Below are positions 50,666 to 63,010 of a stretch of DNA of 63,959 nucleotides, in pieces. A program made the translations under genes and the position numbers. The stretch comes from Octopus bimaculoides. Lineage: Eukaryota. The first letter of the stretch is position 1, and every line of letters starts with the position of its first letter. Under the pieces are notes generated by a model. That model did no database searches and was not told the DNA's origin. It saw nothing but the letters and a program-made list of their open reading frames with translations. The stretch covers positions 14,165,921-14,229,879 of the forward strand of contig NC_068984.1 in the NCBI RefSeq assembly GCF_001194135.2, written 5' to 3'.

Positions 50666-51407
50666 ATGCGTATGGATTGTGAATGTGCTGCAAAGCGATG
50701 GTTTGCAGTTTTTACCACAATTAGCACATACACATCAATTCCTTTTAAAATCCAATGCAGAATCATGACCCTTTTAGCATTGTGTACAGATTTATATCTC
50801 TTCAAACCATTGCAAAAACAGTTTATTACATGATTGGCAGATAAAAGTTCCTTTAGGTGGTTATGATCAACTATTAGCTTTTTTTGTTTCATATCCCCTT
50901 AGACCATCCTTATAAATACAAACTCTTAAATTTTCAACATTTAAAAGTATTATTAAATTAATATCAACAGGTCTTCCTTTCCTTATATACCATTTTCAAT
51001 TCTGTATATATACTGATTATTTGATTATTTTGTCCGTGATGCCTTATTTATTTTTTCCTCACAATTTCACATGAATATTTTAATTTGTCAGACCACATTT
51101 AAGGCAGTCTTGTATCTTAAATCCGATTTGTAAAACAGCCGTTTCCCAGAACATATATAACCATTGAGTAGATGCTTTCAAATTCTTTCATCTTCCATAT
51201 AAATCATATAGCCTCTCTACTTCAGTCATCTAAGTTACAAGAGAGGCTATATGCTTGCAACATGCAATAACTCCAAGACAACATCACTCAAATAATATTT
51301 CAGAATAATGCTCAAAATTTGTACACGGCACTTTTTCAAAACAACAAAAGAGACTGTATGCATTTGTTGTATATAAATATTTTGCTGTCAATTTTAGGCC
51401 ATGCTAC

Positions 51408-51450
51408 TCCAGACTGATGATGAGCAATGACTCTGAAACTAGTCTCTGGA
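51408..51450 (+). ncRNA. Minimal type I hammerhead ribozyme
   Basis: UCCAGA-CUGAUGA-U-GAG-CAAUGA-CUC-U-GAAAC-UA-GUC/UCUGGA. Perfect 6-bp stem I, intact CUGAUGA and GAAA, palindromic stem III (ACUAGU), GUC cleavage triplet with predicted cut after 51444. An atypical U-U pair closes stem II. Confidence 0.7.
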
Positions 51451-52179
51451 TGCTGGGTGGAGGTGCTTGTCTTCACTTTGAAAACATTAGGACACAGGAA
51501 ATGTATCAAGTCCAACAGGAAACGGAGATACCTAGGGCCAAATGACAGAAGCATTCTTCCCTTTTTCATGGGACTGCCACATTAAGTTGATAACATACTA
51601 TCACTTTATCGTGCTACTACTGCATAAATCTCTCTGAGAGATTTAGAAATATATTAATCTTAAAATTGTCTGGCATCTCATAGATTGACAAATGCATTTT
51701 CCTATATAATACGCACTGTTTTTGTGATATATATTAAAGAATTCCTTGTTGGATGCATTTTACGTAATATATTTCTGGTGTTAAGCTTAAACACAAAAAA
51801 TACACTATCAGCTTTATGACAGTTATAACTCTCAAAATAATATAAATAGCACAAAGACCTGGCTCGAGCCTGTCAGGGGTTCCACGAAAAGACAACTGAC
51901 CTCAAATAATGATGACGTAACTGCCAAAAGGTGCATCTATGATTGTGTAGCTGGTTCTAGGAAAGCAATAATCTTAATTGTTAATCCAGTTTCTGCCGAA
52001 AGGAAAACTAACTTATTTGCCATCGAAGGAGCTAAGCACAGATTGATTATTTTTGTCATATTTAAGATCCGTTCCATTGGTGTCACTAGACTATTAACAT
52101 TCTAACAAAACTAATTAACATAATTTAATTAGCAAGCATGTTATTCTGAGGTTTGGTGATAACAAGTCTCTTCAAATCT

Positions 52180-52217
<38 letters not shown>

Positions 52218-54759
52218 AATACAACCGAGGAGCAAAACAGTATAATTATGCAAGCTTTTTCTTAAGTTTAAAATGTGGCATTGTTTTCGATACCTACATT
52301 CCAACGGTGGAGCATTGCATCTTTGTTAGAAACGAGCTGCATCCTCAAAGGAAGAATTTAAATAATTAAAACCAGAAGAGAACATACATACATATAACAC
52401 ACAAATATATATGAATAAACGGGAAGAGGACATTTTCAGGATGGTGAAGCTGAATACTGGACATTAATAACCAGAGAGAACTGCCATCAATATATTGAAA
52501 CAAACATGAATATAACACAGGTATATATTAGCATCTACATCTTACAGTGAGTGTGTATTCGATTGTAATGCAATTTTGTCGCTTCTTTGTAGCGTTTCTT
52601 TATAACGATATAATCATCAAAGCTGAAATAGTATATTAGTTCCTGGGTCTGAGACGAAATTCTACTTTGTTGTACATAACATAGCAAATAATATTGTTTG
52701 AGCTGCTACAAAAATATTTCAAATGAAAGGAAATCTTTCAGAATTATATTCTTTTCAATACAGTGCTTCCTAAACAAGAAATCAATGACATGTGTCAAGA
52801 AGCCCTTTTTGAAAATAACATTAGTCAAAGAGCTTTGCTTCCAATAGCGTTAAATGTAGCTGATTGACAATGTAAATGTTACATATACTTATATACATAC
52901 ATACAGACATACATACAGACATACATACAGTCACACACATGTGTATGTATCGATGGATGGATGTGTGTATGTATATGTGTATGTATGTATGTGTCTAGGT
53001 TTGTATGAATATTTATATGCAAGCATATATGTATTGTAGTGTTTCTGTTTTATTGTCGTTATTTCACAAAACTCGAATGAAAAGACTAAAAACGTTATGT
53101 TTTGCTAATCATTGTTATGCTGTCGTTATTTTCTTTTTCTCCTTTTCTTTTCTTGGAGAGAACAAAAAGGAGAAGGGAGAAAATGCGAAAGAGGAGAGAG
53201 AGAGAGAGGGGGAGAGGGATAGAGAGAATGAGAGAAAGAGTGAGAGAAGGAGGAAAAAGACCAATATATTTGTATAAATTTAAAACATTCTTACAGATTT
53301 TCCTGCAAAGTTCATCGGATTTATTATCAACGTTACCTAAAGAAACAGTGCTTCGTTGCAGTCGATGTTTTTTATATTAATCTAACTACTCATCATTACT
53401 TTTCAACTGAGACTTATAAAGTATCTTTAGAAACTGAATCGACAATAATTGTTTCTATAGACCACTACTTCCGAATTCTACAGTGTTGATTTCATTTTGA
53501 TTTGATTTCGTTGTACTGTACTTTTCCCGACAGGTTAATACAGGAAAAGTATTGACGACACAGAGTTGTTAGTTCAAAGGTTTGAAATCAGTCCTTTAGA
53601 AAATATGTTTTCTTTCTAACCAAATGTAATCTTATTGTACAAATTATATAACTTTGCGCTTTAAAAAAACTTATGGTGTCTGTGAGTATTTCGGAAGTCA
53701 GAATGACCAAGTCTATGTTCGTGACATTTAGGTTCAATATACTGAGGAATCAGATTCTCCGCTTCCTCGTTCCCTTTGAATTGGATTTGGAAGGGATTCC
53801 TTTATATTAACTCCCCACAGAAACTACTCCTAATCGGCACTTCGTCGTATTAGGGTACACGTATCTAGGCCCATTAGGAACATCAGATATAATGCCCGCG
53901 AGTCGTATTACAGCATTTTAAAACGTAGAGAGAAAACACGTTATATAATTTAGTCCTATTTATCCACCATCTAAGGTAGGATGGTCATGAATGGAACGCT
54001 TTAGATAATAGGCCTGTTCGGCCAGGATTGTGCAGAAAGCAAAGAAACCAGCAGAAACTCAGTGTTTAACAAGTGTTAGAACACAGAAACTGTTACCTCA
54101 GGCATATGGGAAAACAGTGGAAGAAGTACGTCACAAACGAGAATACACTTCCCTACCAAAGGAATTTATCTAGAAAGCTGAAACTTGAACATAAAATCCC
54201 TTATCCCCTTAACAGGATTGTCGATGGGAACCCTGGCTCATTTGTAGCAAGATGTTGGCTGTCTCGACAGACTCAAGGCATTTATGGAAACGACTACCTA
54301 TTATTTAAAACTAGGGATGATGTGAGAAGGCAAACAGGAGTACGTGAAGTACATGCCTGATTAAATAACGGTGCCATAGCACATTAATAGTAACACATAC
54401 AATAGTCACAACAAAAGGTTATAATGCAGATGTCAATTGTATTATAGTTGCATTTTCGACAAAGGGCAGATAATTCGTATTCCTGAAGATAATCTGCAAA
54501 CGTATATCCACGTATTGGCCTGCGTAACGACTCGGACACTTACAAAACAACAAAGCTCATCTCTAGCTCATCAACAGTTAAAGGAAGGAACAACACCTAA
54601 GAAAATGTAAAAATGCATCAAATTTTACGGTTCGGTTAAATTCAAAGACTATCAAAATCCATTAGAAAGTTCTCAAATTGCATAAGGTGAAAAAAGTGGA
54701 ATGCGGTCGGAGTGGAAGTGCCGTACTAACAACAGCACTAATTATTATTATTATTATTA

Positions 54760-54800
<41 letters not shown>

Positions 54801-55014
54801 GTTCAGTAGTTTCATTTTTATAACGTGCTTTCACTTCACTACCGAGCGCAGCTCTGTGTGCCTTGAGTATGTGCTGTGGTTTGCTGTGATGCTCTTATGA
54901 TTACTGTATTGAAAGTTTTTTGCGTAGGATGTGTGCAGTGCCCAGTAGTGCAATTGTCTGTATGTTATATATATTTGTAAGTCCTGGTGTTTTTGTTATG
55001 TATTTGTCTGAATA

Positions 55015-55020
<6 letters not shown>
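54801..55020 (-). mobile_element. 5'-truncated R4/Dong-type (RLE) LINE, 3' end 1
   Basis: Translation KYITKTPGLTNIYNIQTIALLGTAHILRKKLSIQ* (stop 54901-54903) matches the C-terminal LLGT..ILR.L motif of RLE LINEs. Followed by an about 100-nt 3' UTR and an (AAT)n tail at 54800-54741. Confidence 0.8.
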
Positions 55021-55067
<47 letters not shown>

Positions 55068-55068
<1 letters not shown>

Positions 55069-55179
55069 GAGTGAGAGAGCAGTGAACGCCATCAAAGCAG
55101 AATATTTGCTGTAGCCCATTTTTTATACCAAGACAAAACATATCCATGATAGCACTTCCAATCAGTTAAGATCAAACGC
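55068..55179 (-). mobile_element. Short (AAT)n-tailed retroposon fragment, unclassified
   Basis: Non-simple 112-nt segment ending CTGCTCTCTCACTC-(AAT)n on the minus strand, lying between AAT tracts. Confidence 0.5.
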
Positions 55180-55181
55180 TT

Positions 55182-55213
<32 letters not shown>

Positions 55214-55240
55214 CATTATTATTATTATTATTATTATTAA

Positions 55241-55274
<34 letters not shown>

Positions 55275-55772
55275 GTCTTTGCACAGCCTCTAGCGCTGGA
55301 GATGAACTACGGTGTCAGTTGTTCGCTTCCAGTGAACTAAGGTAACACCCCTTATTTTTCGAGCACCACCCAGAGTGTTTGAACGGCTCCAAGCAGTGCT
55401 GTTTTCTTCAAGTGCTCCACCCTTATTGCAGCCCGTATTTGTTCCGTGTACTTCTCAAGATTTTTACTCACACTTCCCAGGGCTACGACAATTATTGGTA
55501 CTACTACCATCTTTTTCTTCGACCACAACCGCTTAACCTCCCAAGCTAACCTGTCGTACCTATCGCCTTTCTTCCTTATCGCATACCTTGTTGTCAGCTG
55601 GGCATGCTATATCTATGATACAGCATCGTTTTCTTTCTTTCTCAATTAACATTATGCCTGGCTTCCTATTCTCTATATCATGGTCGCACTGAATCATAAA
55701 ATCCCATAGGATCTTTGTATTATCATTTTCGATGATGCCTTCGGGTTTATGTTCGTACCACTTTTTTTACTC
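55275..55772 (-). mobile_element. 5'-truncated R4/Dong-type LINE, 3' end 2, restriction-like endonuclease domain
   Basis: Translation KKWYEHKPEGIIENDNTKILWDFMIQCDHDIENRKPGIMLIEKERKRCCIIDIACPADNKVCDKEE/frameshift/RYDRLAWEVKRLWSKKKMVVVPIIVVALGSVSKNLEK..HLKKTALLG..VVLEK* (stop 55352-55354). The PD-(D/E)xK Asp is replaced (RKPG). (AAT)n tail. Confidence 0.9.
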
Positions 55773-55828
55773 TATTATTATTATTATTATTATTATCATT
55801 ATTATTATTATTATTATTATTATTACTT

Positions 55829-56035
55829 TGCCAGAATCGTTCGCACGATGGGCAAAATTCTTAGTGGCATTTCGTCTGACCTTACGTTCTGTGTTCAAAT
55901 TCCACCGAGGTCGCCTTTGCCTTTCATCTTTTCGGTGTCGATAAATTTAGAAAATGTGAAACACTTGGGGTCGATGCAATCGACTAGTCGCCTCCCCACC
56001 AAATTTCAGGGCTTGTACTTTTAGTAGAAAGGATT
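55829..56035 (+). mobile_element. SINE family A (tail type i)
   Basis: TGCCAGAATCGTTCGCACG..GTGTTCAAATTCCACCGAGGTCG..GGGGTCGATG..GTAGAAAGGATTAT. Confidence 0.85.
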
Positions 56036-56621
56036 ATCATTGTTATCATCATCATTATCATCCTCATCTTGCCGAAGACTGATCTGTGAACTCATTTTTA
56101 GAATATCCTTGGCAGTGTAAATATTACTTCCCTTCCAGTTCAACGAGAGGCGTCATAATCCTAACATCCTTTAATTTATTAACATTTCAAATCATTGAAA
56201 CGTGCGATAACATCTATATTGTTTTACCTCCTTTCGTTATATTATTAAACAAACATGTGACTACCCTTTCTTTCCTCTATCGATACTATAACAACAGTGT
56301 TTCTTCTGCATTAATAAGTAACATAACACATGCACGCCATGTCCTCCCGTTATATCTATTTTATGTTCACCAAACGCAAACGTGATTTATTCATTTTAAT
56401 TGCAGTTACCAATTATTGCAGTGCCACCTACAAAGACTGAATCGAAACACAAATAAGAAGAATCAATTACTTTATAACAATTGTCTTTCGTGATACGGGT
56501 TAACTATAGTCAGCATACTGAAAATGTTTCAAATTGCCTGTCGTGTTATTCTGAACAACACGAGTAGTTACTAGTTAATCTTAATATGATATGAAACGAA
56601 GAGGTTATCTAAAGTACATCT

Positions 56622-56905
56622 ATACTTGTTTCATTCTTTGGACTGCGGTCATGTAGGAGCATTGCTTTGAAGTGTTTTCGTCAAAGAACACGATCGCAGT
56701 ATTTCTGTTCCTTCTTAAATTTTTAAACTTATTCTATCAGATTCTTTTGCCGTCTGCTACTCTGAGTTCAAAATCCGCAGCAGTCGATTTTGCCGTTCGT
56801 CTTTCGGGGTCGATCAAATAAATACCAGTTCAGGACCGGAGCCAATGTAATCGATTTTCTCTTCTCACAAAATTCTGGACCTGTGCCAAAATTTGAAACT
56901 AATAT
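56622..56905. mobile_element. Family B tail (-, 56622-56752) joined to 5'-truncated family A (+, 56752-56905)
   Basis: TACTTGTTTCA..GACTGCGGTCATG..CTTTTGCCG continues directly into TCTGAGTTCAAAATCCGC..GGGGTCGATC. Confidence 0.7.
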
Positions 56906-57140
56906 TTGTAGAAGACACGGTGGGTGATTGTTGAAATCATAGATAATTCATAAAAAAAGATATTTTGAAACAAAGATGAAAATTTGTTATGCTTTGTGTT
57001 ATTATGAAAAGATTGAATAAATAATTGCATGAAGAACATGGCCGAAGATTATTTCATTTTCCTTGAAACTATTGACGACTAAAAAGGAATCCAACCTAAT
57101 TATTCAATAGACATAGGTCTACAGTTGATATTGATGTCGT

Positions 57141-57295
<155 letters not shown>

Positions 57296-57708
57296 TTCTT
57301 CTTCTGGTATGACTTCAAGTCACCTCCGATGGAATAGACATATGATCACAGTCGGTCCACCAGTGACCATTTATTTGAAGACGGTTAGCTGTGGTTTGAA
57401 AAAGTTTTCGATGTTCTTTTTTCGAGTCCATTGAATTCTATTCTGTTCTTACTTAGTACCGACGTTTGAATCTCGCGGGAAAGACTCAAAGAAGGTGATC
57501 TTTCATTGGAAAGAGAAGCGGCAGATCTCTCTAAATCCGACCACAACGATTTATAAAATCACAGAACAAAATGGATGATGGACTCACTGATCTATCCTTA
57601 TCGATCATTTAGATAGTAATGGAACACCTTATAGAGCTTTTCAGTCGTAACTGCTTCGGTCAAACAACACAAGAGATTATGATTTGTGAGAAAGAGGCAT
57701 CTACATAG

Positions 57709-57743
<35 letters not shown>

Positions 57744-59089
57744 TTACATATATGTGTTTGTGTAGATATATATGGATGTGTGTGTGTGGATATATATATG
57801 CATATATGTGTATGTGCGTGTATGTATGCACAAGTTAAAATTAGATTCAACTATTCTGTGGTGTGTTGTTTTTGTTATAAAATATTTTTTTAGTTTTTTA
57901 ACTGAGCCATGATATGATTATTGTGTAAATATATACAGGGAAAAAATGATTATCGATAAACAAATTTCAGAAAGTATTATTGGAAAGCAAGTTAGGCTTT
58001 ATAACACGCATATATGTTAACGAGAATGTTTGTATTAATAACGCATCACTCAAATCCAGAATCACTCGATGGACCATCATCACGTTCTACACACAGCGTC
58101 AAAGATGGAGCGAATAGATTAAAGGATGATATAAGAAGGTAAATATAATCAAGAAAATAAGGAGATCGTTGCTCTGGGGTTTGACTGATGTTAGCAGCAA
58201 TTAATGAGATAATGATGTTAGAGATAAACCAAGTCTTGAAGAAATATCAGTTTTGCTGATCTCTATAACGAACAAAGTATTATGCAAATGGGAAAAAAGT
58301 ATATATAAACATTCTGTTGTCTTATTATCATTTTTTTACTTAGGTAGGTTGTATTAAATCATAAATAAAATAAAGATTGGATTATATTTGTTTATTTTAA
58401 ATCTACTTGTTATCGGATTAAAAACACTTGCCTAGTCTCTAAGTCAGCATATATATATTGAAATCTCTTTATGTGATTTTATACTGTTGTTATTGAATGC
58501 AAAGAAACGGTTCCTCAGCACTTTGCTAAAGAAACCATAGTGTTGACATGTCTTCCCATGGTTGTTTACCGGGCAATATTTTTGATAGATGATTGTAAGG
58601 AAGATATTGACATATAGTAGTTCTAGCGATTTGGAGTACACGAGCGAGGATGAACCAATGATTAAAGAGTTTCGTAGAAATTCTGGATCGTCAGACATTA
58701 GGATAAAAGGGTGTTAAAATGCAGGAAAAGTTGTAGTCGTAGTACAATAAATATTAGGAGTTTACAGTTGGTTTTAGTATGTTTATGACTGAAGAAATGG
58801 TGTTCAACTGGATGGTGTGGTAGGGAGGCAATCTAGAATGTTCTTCAATGTTTAGCAGCTGCACCGACTAATATTTCAATAATAGCACTCTGATGTGCAT
58901 CAAACCTGCATTTTGCAAAGCTAAATATATGACAAATCGTCGAGAGGAAACCCTATTCCTGATAATGGCTTTCTTGTTTTTGTTATAAGCTGCAAGACGG
59001 CTTTCGTTGCGCAGACAAATTACATCAAAGCATCCTTATGCTATTAAATTTGTTATGTATGATTTGAGGGATAATTCGTTGTTATTTCT

Positions 59090-59535
59090 AACAGATCATG
59101 TGACTAAAATGAGAAAGATGGCTCGAGTTAGATTGCTACTTCGTTTTGGGGAGGATGCGAAATGTTTCAAGCCGTTGAAAAAATATATTCAGCAGTTGGA
59201 AAACATGACCTGCAAATCTGATTTTTCTTTCCGCCAGAATCTCCTTTTAGATTAGGCAGATTAGCTCTCCTGCCGGAGTTTATGGTGGATAGAAGAGTGA
59301 CGTCATGTGTTCCGACATCCAGGAGAAATATTAGCCAAGGCAGCTAAACAATATGTACCGCCAGAGGGACAAAGAAAGAGAGGGAGACTCAAGAACACAT
59401 GACACGCCACCTCCAAAAGGATCTGAAATTAGTCTCACCTGAAAAGATGCGCTCAACTTTGCTCGAAACCGAAAACATTGCAGCCATCTTACTGCCCCTC
59501 CCCCGACCAATATACGGGAAGAACTAAGACTAAAT
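59090..59535 (+). mobile_element. Decayed RTE-like LINE, C-terminal part of ORF (may extend back to about 58600)
   Basis: RLLLRFGEDAKCFKPLKKYIQQLEN aligns loosely with LLYG.E.W..L...L..FE. RHVFRHPGEILAKAAKQYVPPEGQRKRGRLKNT*..LQKDL matches the RTE GH..R..P.G.R.RGRP..TW motif. SDLEY at about 58625 may be a ruined YADD region. Confidence 0.6.
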
Positions 59536-59598
59536 ACTATATTGGTATTTGGGAAGCATATAACAGTTCTTGACACATTCATTCATCAACTAAAACAC

Positions 59599-59631
<33 letters not shown>

Positions 59632-59810
59632 CAATATATATATATATATGCACAGCGTTCTTAATGGTCAATGATAGAATTCTTCGGTCACGAGTGGACA
59701 GCCATCATTGTATATATATATAAATATATGTGTGCGTGTGTCTATATGTATGTACATTAGTATGCATGTATGTATGTATGTATGTATGTATGTATGTTGT
59801 ATGTATGCTC

Positions 59811-59862
<52 letters not shown>

Positions 59863-60704
59863 CGCTGTGATGTATTTCGAAGAGAGGACAAAGAATTTTA
59901 TAGTATTAATATCAAGTTTAGTTCCTTGTCAAATGATTACTAGTTTCTTGTTGTGTGGCACAATTTATTAAGGACTAGAGAAAGATGTAACCTTATATGT
60001 GTGATAGCTAGCTATTAAGACAGCCCTCAAAGCGGCAATCTGCAATAATAAAATGGTTTGCTAAGAACTACGATTATACCGAGCTTAATTTAAAATGCCA
60101 CACTGTATGGTTTCTACGTATTAGAATTAATGTATAAAATGAACGAAACAGTAGGAGCAAATAACATTCGATGGTAACTGACAGATGTGTGAGCAAAAAT
60201 CTATTGCCGAGATATCAATAGAAACAGAATAGATTTCTGGCCAACAGGCAGCCAGGTAGTTGTAGCTAAATCATGTGTAACCTGTACTAAAGTGGATATC
60301 AAATAACAGTAGATATATTCCTCTATCACATCTATGAAGCGTCCAGAGGATATATTCCACTAACACATCTATCAAGGGAAATACCTGATAGATTTATGTT
60401 GTTTAATATTGGATCGATGTATCAAATGTCATTTATAGGAGATATAACTTTAAAGTGAATGCAAGAGGAAGATTAGTATGTGTTTGCGAATTCATTGTAT
60501 TTGATAGTGAGTATGGTATTATGCTGTGCCATAAAATGGGGAGTGTCTGAGCGCAGCTGTTTATGAATATCTGACATCCAAAGAGAAATAAAGTGAAGAT
60601 TGTATGAGAATAACTGAGCGTAGACGACTTTATCATATCATACCATTTCTTCGCCTCACTCTCTTTTTTTCTCGCTTCTTTTCCCTCCCTTTATCTCTCT
60701 ATGT

Positions 60705-60930
60705 TTCTCTCTCTCTCTCTCTCTCTCTCTNNNNNNNNNNNNNNNNNNNNNNNNNNNNNNNNNNNNNNNNNNNNNNNNNNNNNNNNNNNNNNNNNNNNNN
60801 NNNNNNNNNNNNNNNNNNNNNNNNNNNNNNNNNNNNNNNNNNNNNNNNNNNNNNNNNNNNNNNNNNNNNNNNNNNNNNNNNGTGTGCTTGTGTATGCGTG
60901 TGTATATATATATATAAATATATATATATG

Positions 60931-60975
<45 letters not shown>

Positions 60976-61075
60976 ATATATGCATATATATATACACACA
61001 CGCACATATACGCACATAGATATACAGATACAGGCATACATATATTGACACACACACATATATATATATATATGT
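60705..61075. repeat. (CT)n, gap, TA/TG microsatellite
   Basis: Visible repeat. Confidence 0.9.
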
Positions 61076-61131
61076 TCACAAATCGCTAAAATGTACGCGT
61101 GAGTGTGTCTGCGTGTTAACAGCTATGTAAT

Positions 61132-61162
<31 letters not shown>

Positions 61163-61275
61163 ATGTATATTTGTGTGTATTTATAATATATATATATAAT
61201 ATATACATATCAAACAATCAACTTAATATTTATATAGCCATTATACATGCACACACACAAACACACATATACGCA

Positions 61276-61316
<41 letters not shown>

Positions 61317-63010
61317 ATTATTATGAGTATGTATGCAAGTGTGTGTATGTATATACGGTGGGCCTATGTATCTAGATATCGTTCTACTCATAGACATAAT
61401 CATAGAGTCATGCCTGGACCACAAAATGACGAGTGATACGTATTACTGTACGCGTATCTCTATACATCGCCATTAGTACTCATATCCAGGCCGCTACTAC
61501 CGCACTTTATTGAATAGATATATTGAAAGTTATATGGAGATAGTAATAAAAATTTTACACATTTATAACTATATAGAAAGGCATGTGACTGATTGATAGT
61601 ATATAACTAGAGTGTGATGAACGTTAGATATGAGCGTGTGTATACGGATTTATGGACGTGAATGTTAGTGTGTGTCGGTGTGTGATTGTATCTGCATGTC
61701 TACATAATTCTGTTCGCGTGTTCAAATCCCCACCATATTCATATTTTTTATATTTCTCTTTAATATATGAATGATTTGTGCATTTTCTTACTACCGCTGC
61801 TGCTGCTGTTGTTTTGTTATTGTCATCGAGGTCGTGGTCATCGTTATTGTTGTTGTTGCGGCATGTGTCATCGTGGTTGATCTTTCGTACCAGGCCACCA
61901 GGTCCAGAACAGATTGAGCAAGCGCAGGATCAAAGCGCAGGCTCATTTCACCACTGACCATCCTATCATCTTTTGCCAATGTGTAGGAAACTAATGATCA
62001 TATCGTACCGTTGGTGAGATTTCGTAGATGGTGGATTAACAAAACAGTAAGATCATCTGACAGGCTCCCTTGAGTTATTTGTTCTGCCTCTTTGCATTCT
62101 GAGCTCAAACCGCGCTGTAGTCTACTTTGGTGGTAGACATAATATGTCTCCCAGTTTAACATTATCATCTCTCACGTTGGAGTACTTTTAACCGAGTCTT
62201 TGCTGTTGCAAGCATTTGAGTCATCTTTCCAGTTTGCGCATACTTGATTCCCAACTTCATGGACCCCCTCCCCGTAACGGATCATAAAAAGCTACCTTTT
62301 TCTCCGGGCTAAATATGCTAAAAATGCAAATTAGCTTGGTCGTCACTGGCAAGAACGTCACCCCGATTTAAGCAGACTGACTAGAAGGCAGCTTCTTTTT
62401 GAAAATATCCGTTATGTATTACTCAATGAGATATAACACGTGTATTGTATATGTATCGAAGATGACAGAAACGTCATCGAAGGATTCAACTGTTCAAGCG
62501 ACTGGAGATTCGTAACCGCTCCCGCACTTTTCCGGGCGCGGAAACTACAATTTTTCATTGCAGATGCGCATGATATACAGACCATTGTAACGAATAGTCC
62601 GTTCTTTGTACTTTGAAGAAATTGGTATCATGACACACGCGAAACAAGACCTGAAAAGCTGAAAGATTTCCAAGAGTTACCGCGCAATTACGTGTATTGC
62701 AGGAAACGAGATCAAATTCTAACCAAAGAGCGCCTATATTAATGAAAATAATTGTATCGATATAGCCTGTTGGAAAGCCTTATCTGTCTGTCCAAACACT
62801 GACTGAACGACATCAAAAAATAGAGAGAAAGATTCCTGGGTGAATGTATAACTATGGCCAGAGGCAGGAATCGGTGAAGAGATACGATGCATGAGCTCAT
62901 GTTCCTTCAACATCAGCAATGAGGATTGGAATAAGCAAAGCAACGCAAAATGCTTCTGAATGTTATTGTGTGACACATCAATTTATTTGATATTTGACTG
63001 TTTTAATATG

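Noticed and set aside
51399-51543. Possible terminal exon PCYSRLMMSNDSETSLWMLGGGAC..
   Set aside because: Overlaps the hammerhead, whose base-pairing explains the sequence better; no homologue recognised.
40968-52473. Shared 17-mer CTGGACATTAATAACCA at about 40968 and 52457
   Set aside because: One such AT-rich match is roughly expected by chance in 64 kb, and the flanks do not align.
58505-59255. Two-exon model ETVPQHFAKE..IDD/YHVTKMRKMARVRLLLRFGED..
   Set aside because: The second part aligns with RTE ORF2 motifs and is colinear with the downstream RTE remnant, so a LINE relic is more parsimonious.
59299-59306. Perfect CRE palindrome TGACGTCA
   Set aside because: Single 8-mer inside a decayed LINE with no supporting context.
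62150-62400. Possible RTE-like 3' relic on the minus strand (RGRG..MTQMLATAKTR)
   Set aside because: Similarity is too fragmentary to call without a profile search.
62450-62485. CGAAGA-TGACA-GAAACGTC hammerhead-like string
   Set aside because: Core lacks U4 and stem II cannot form.
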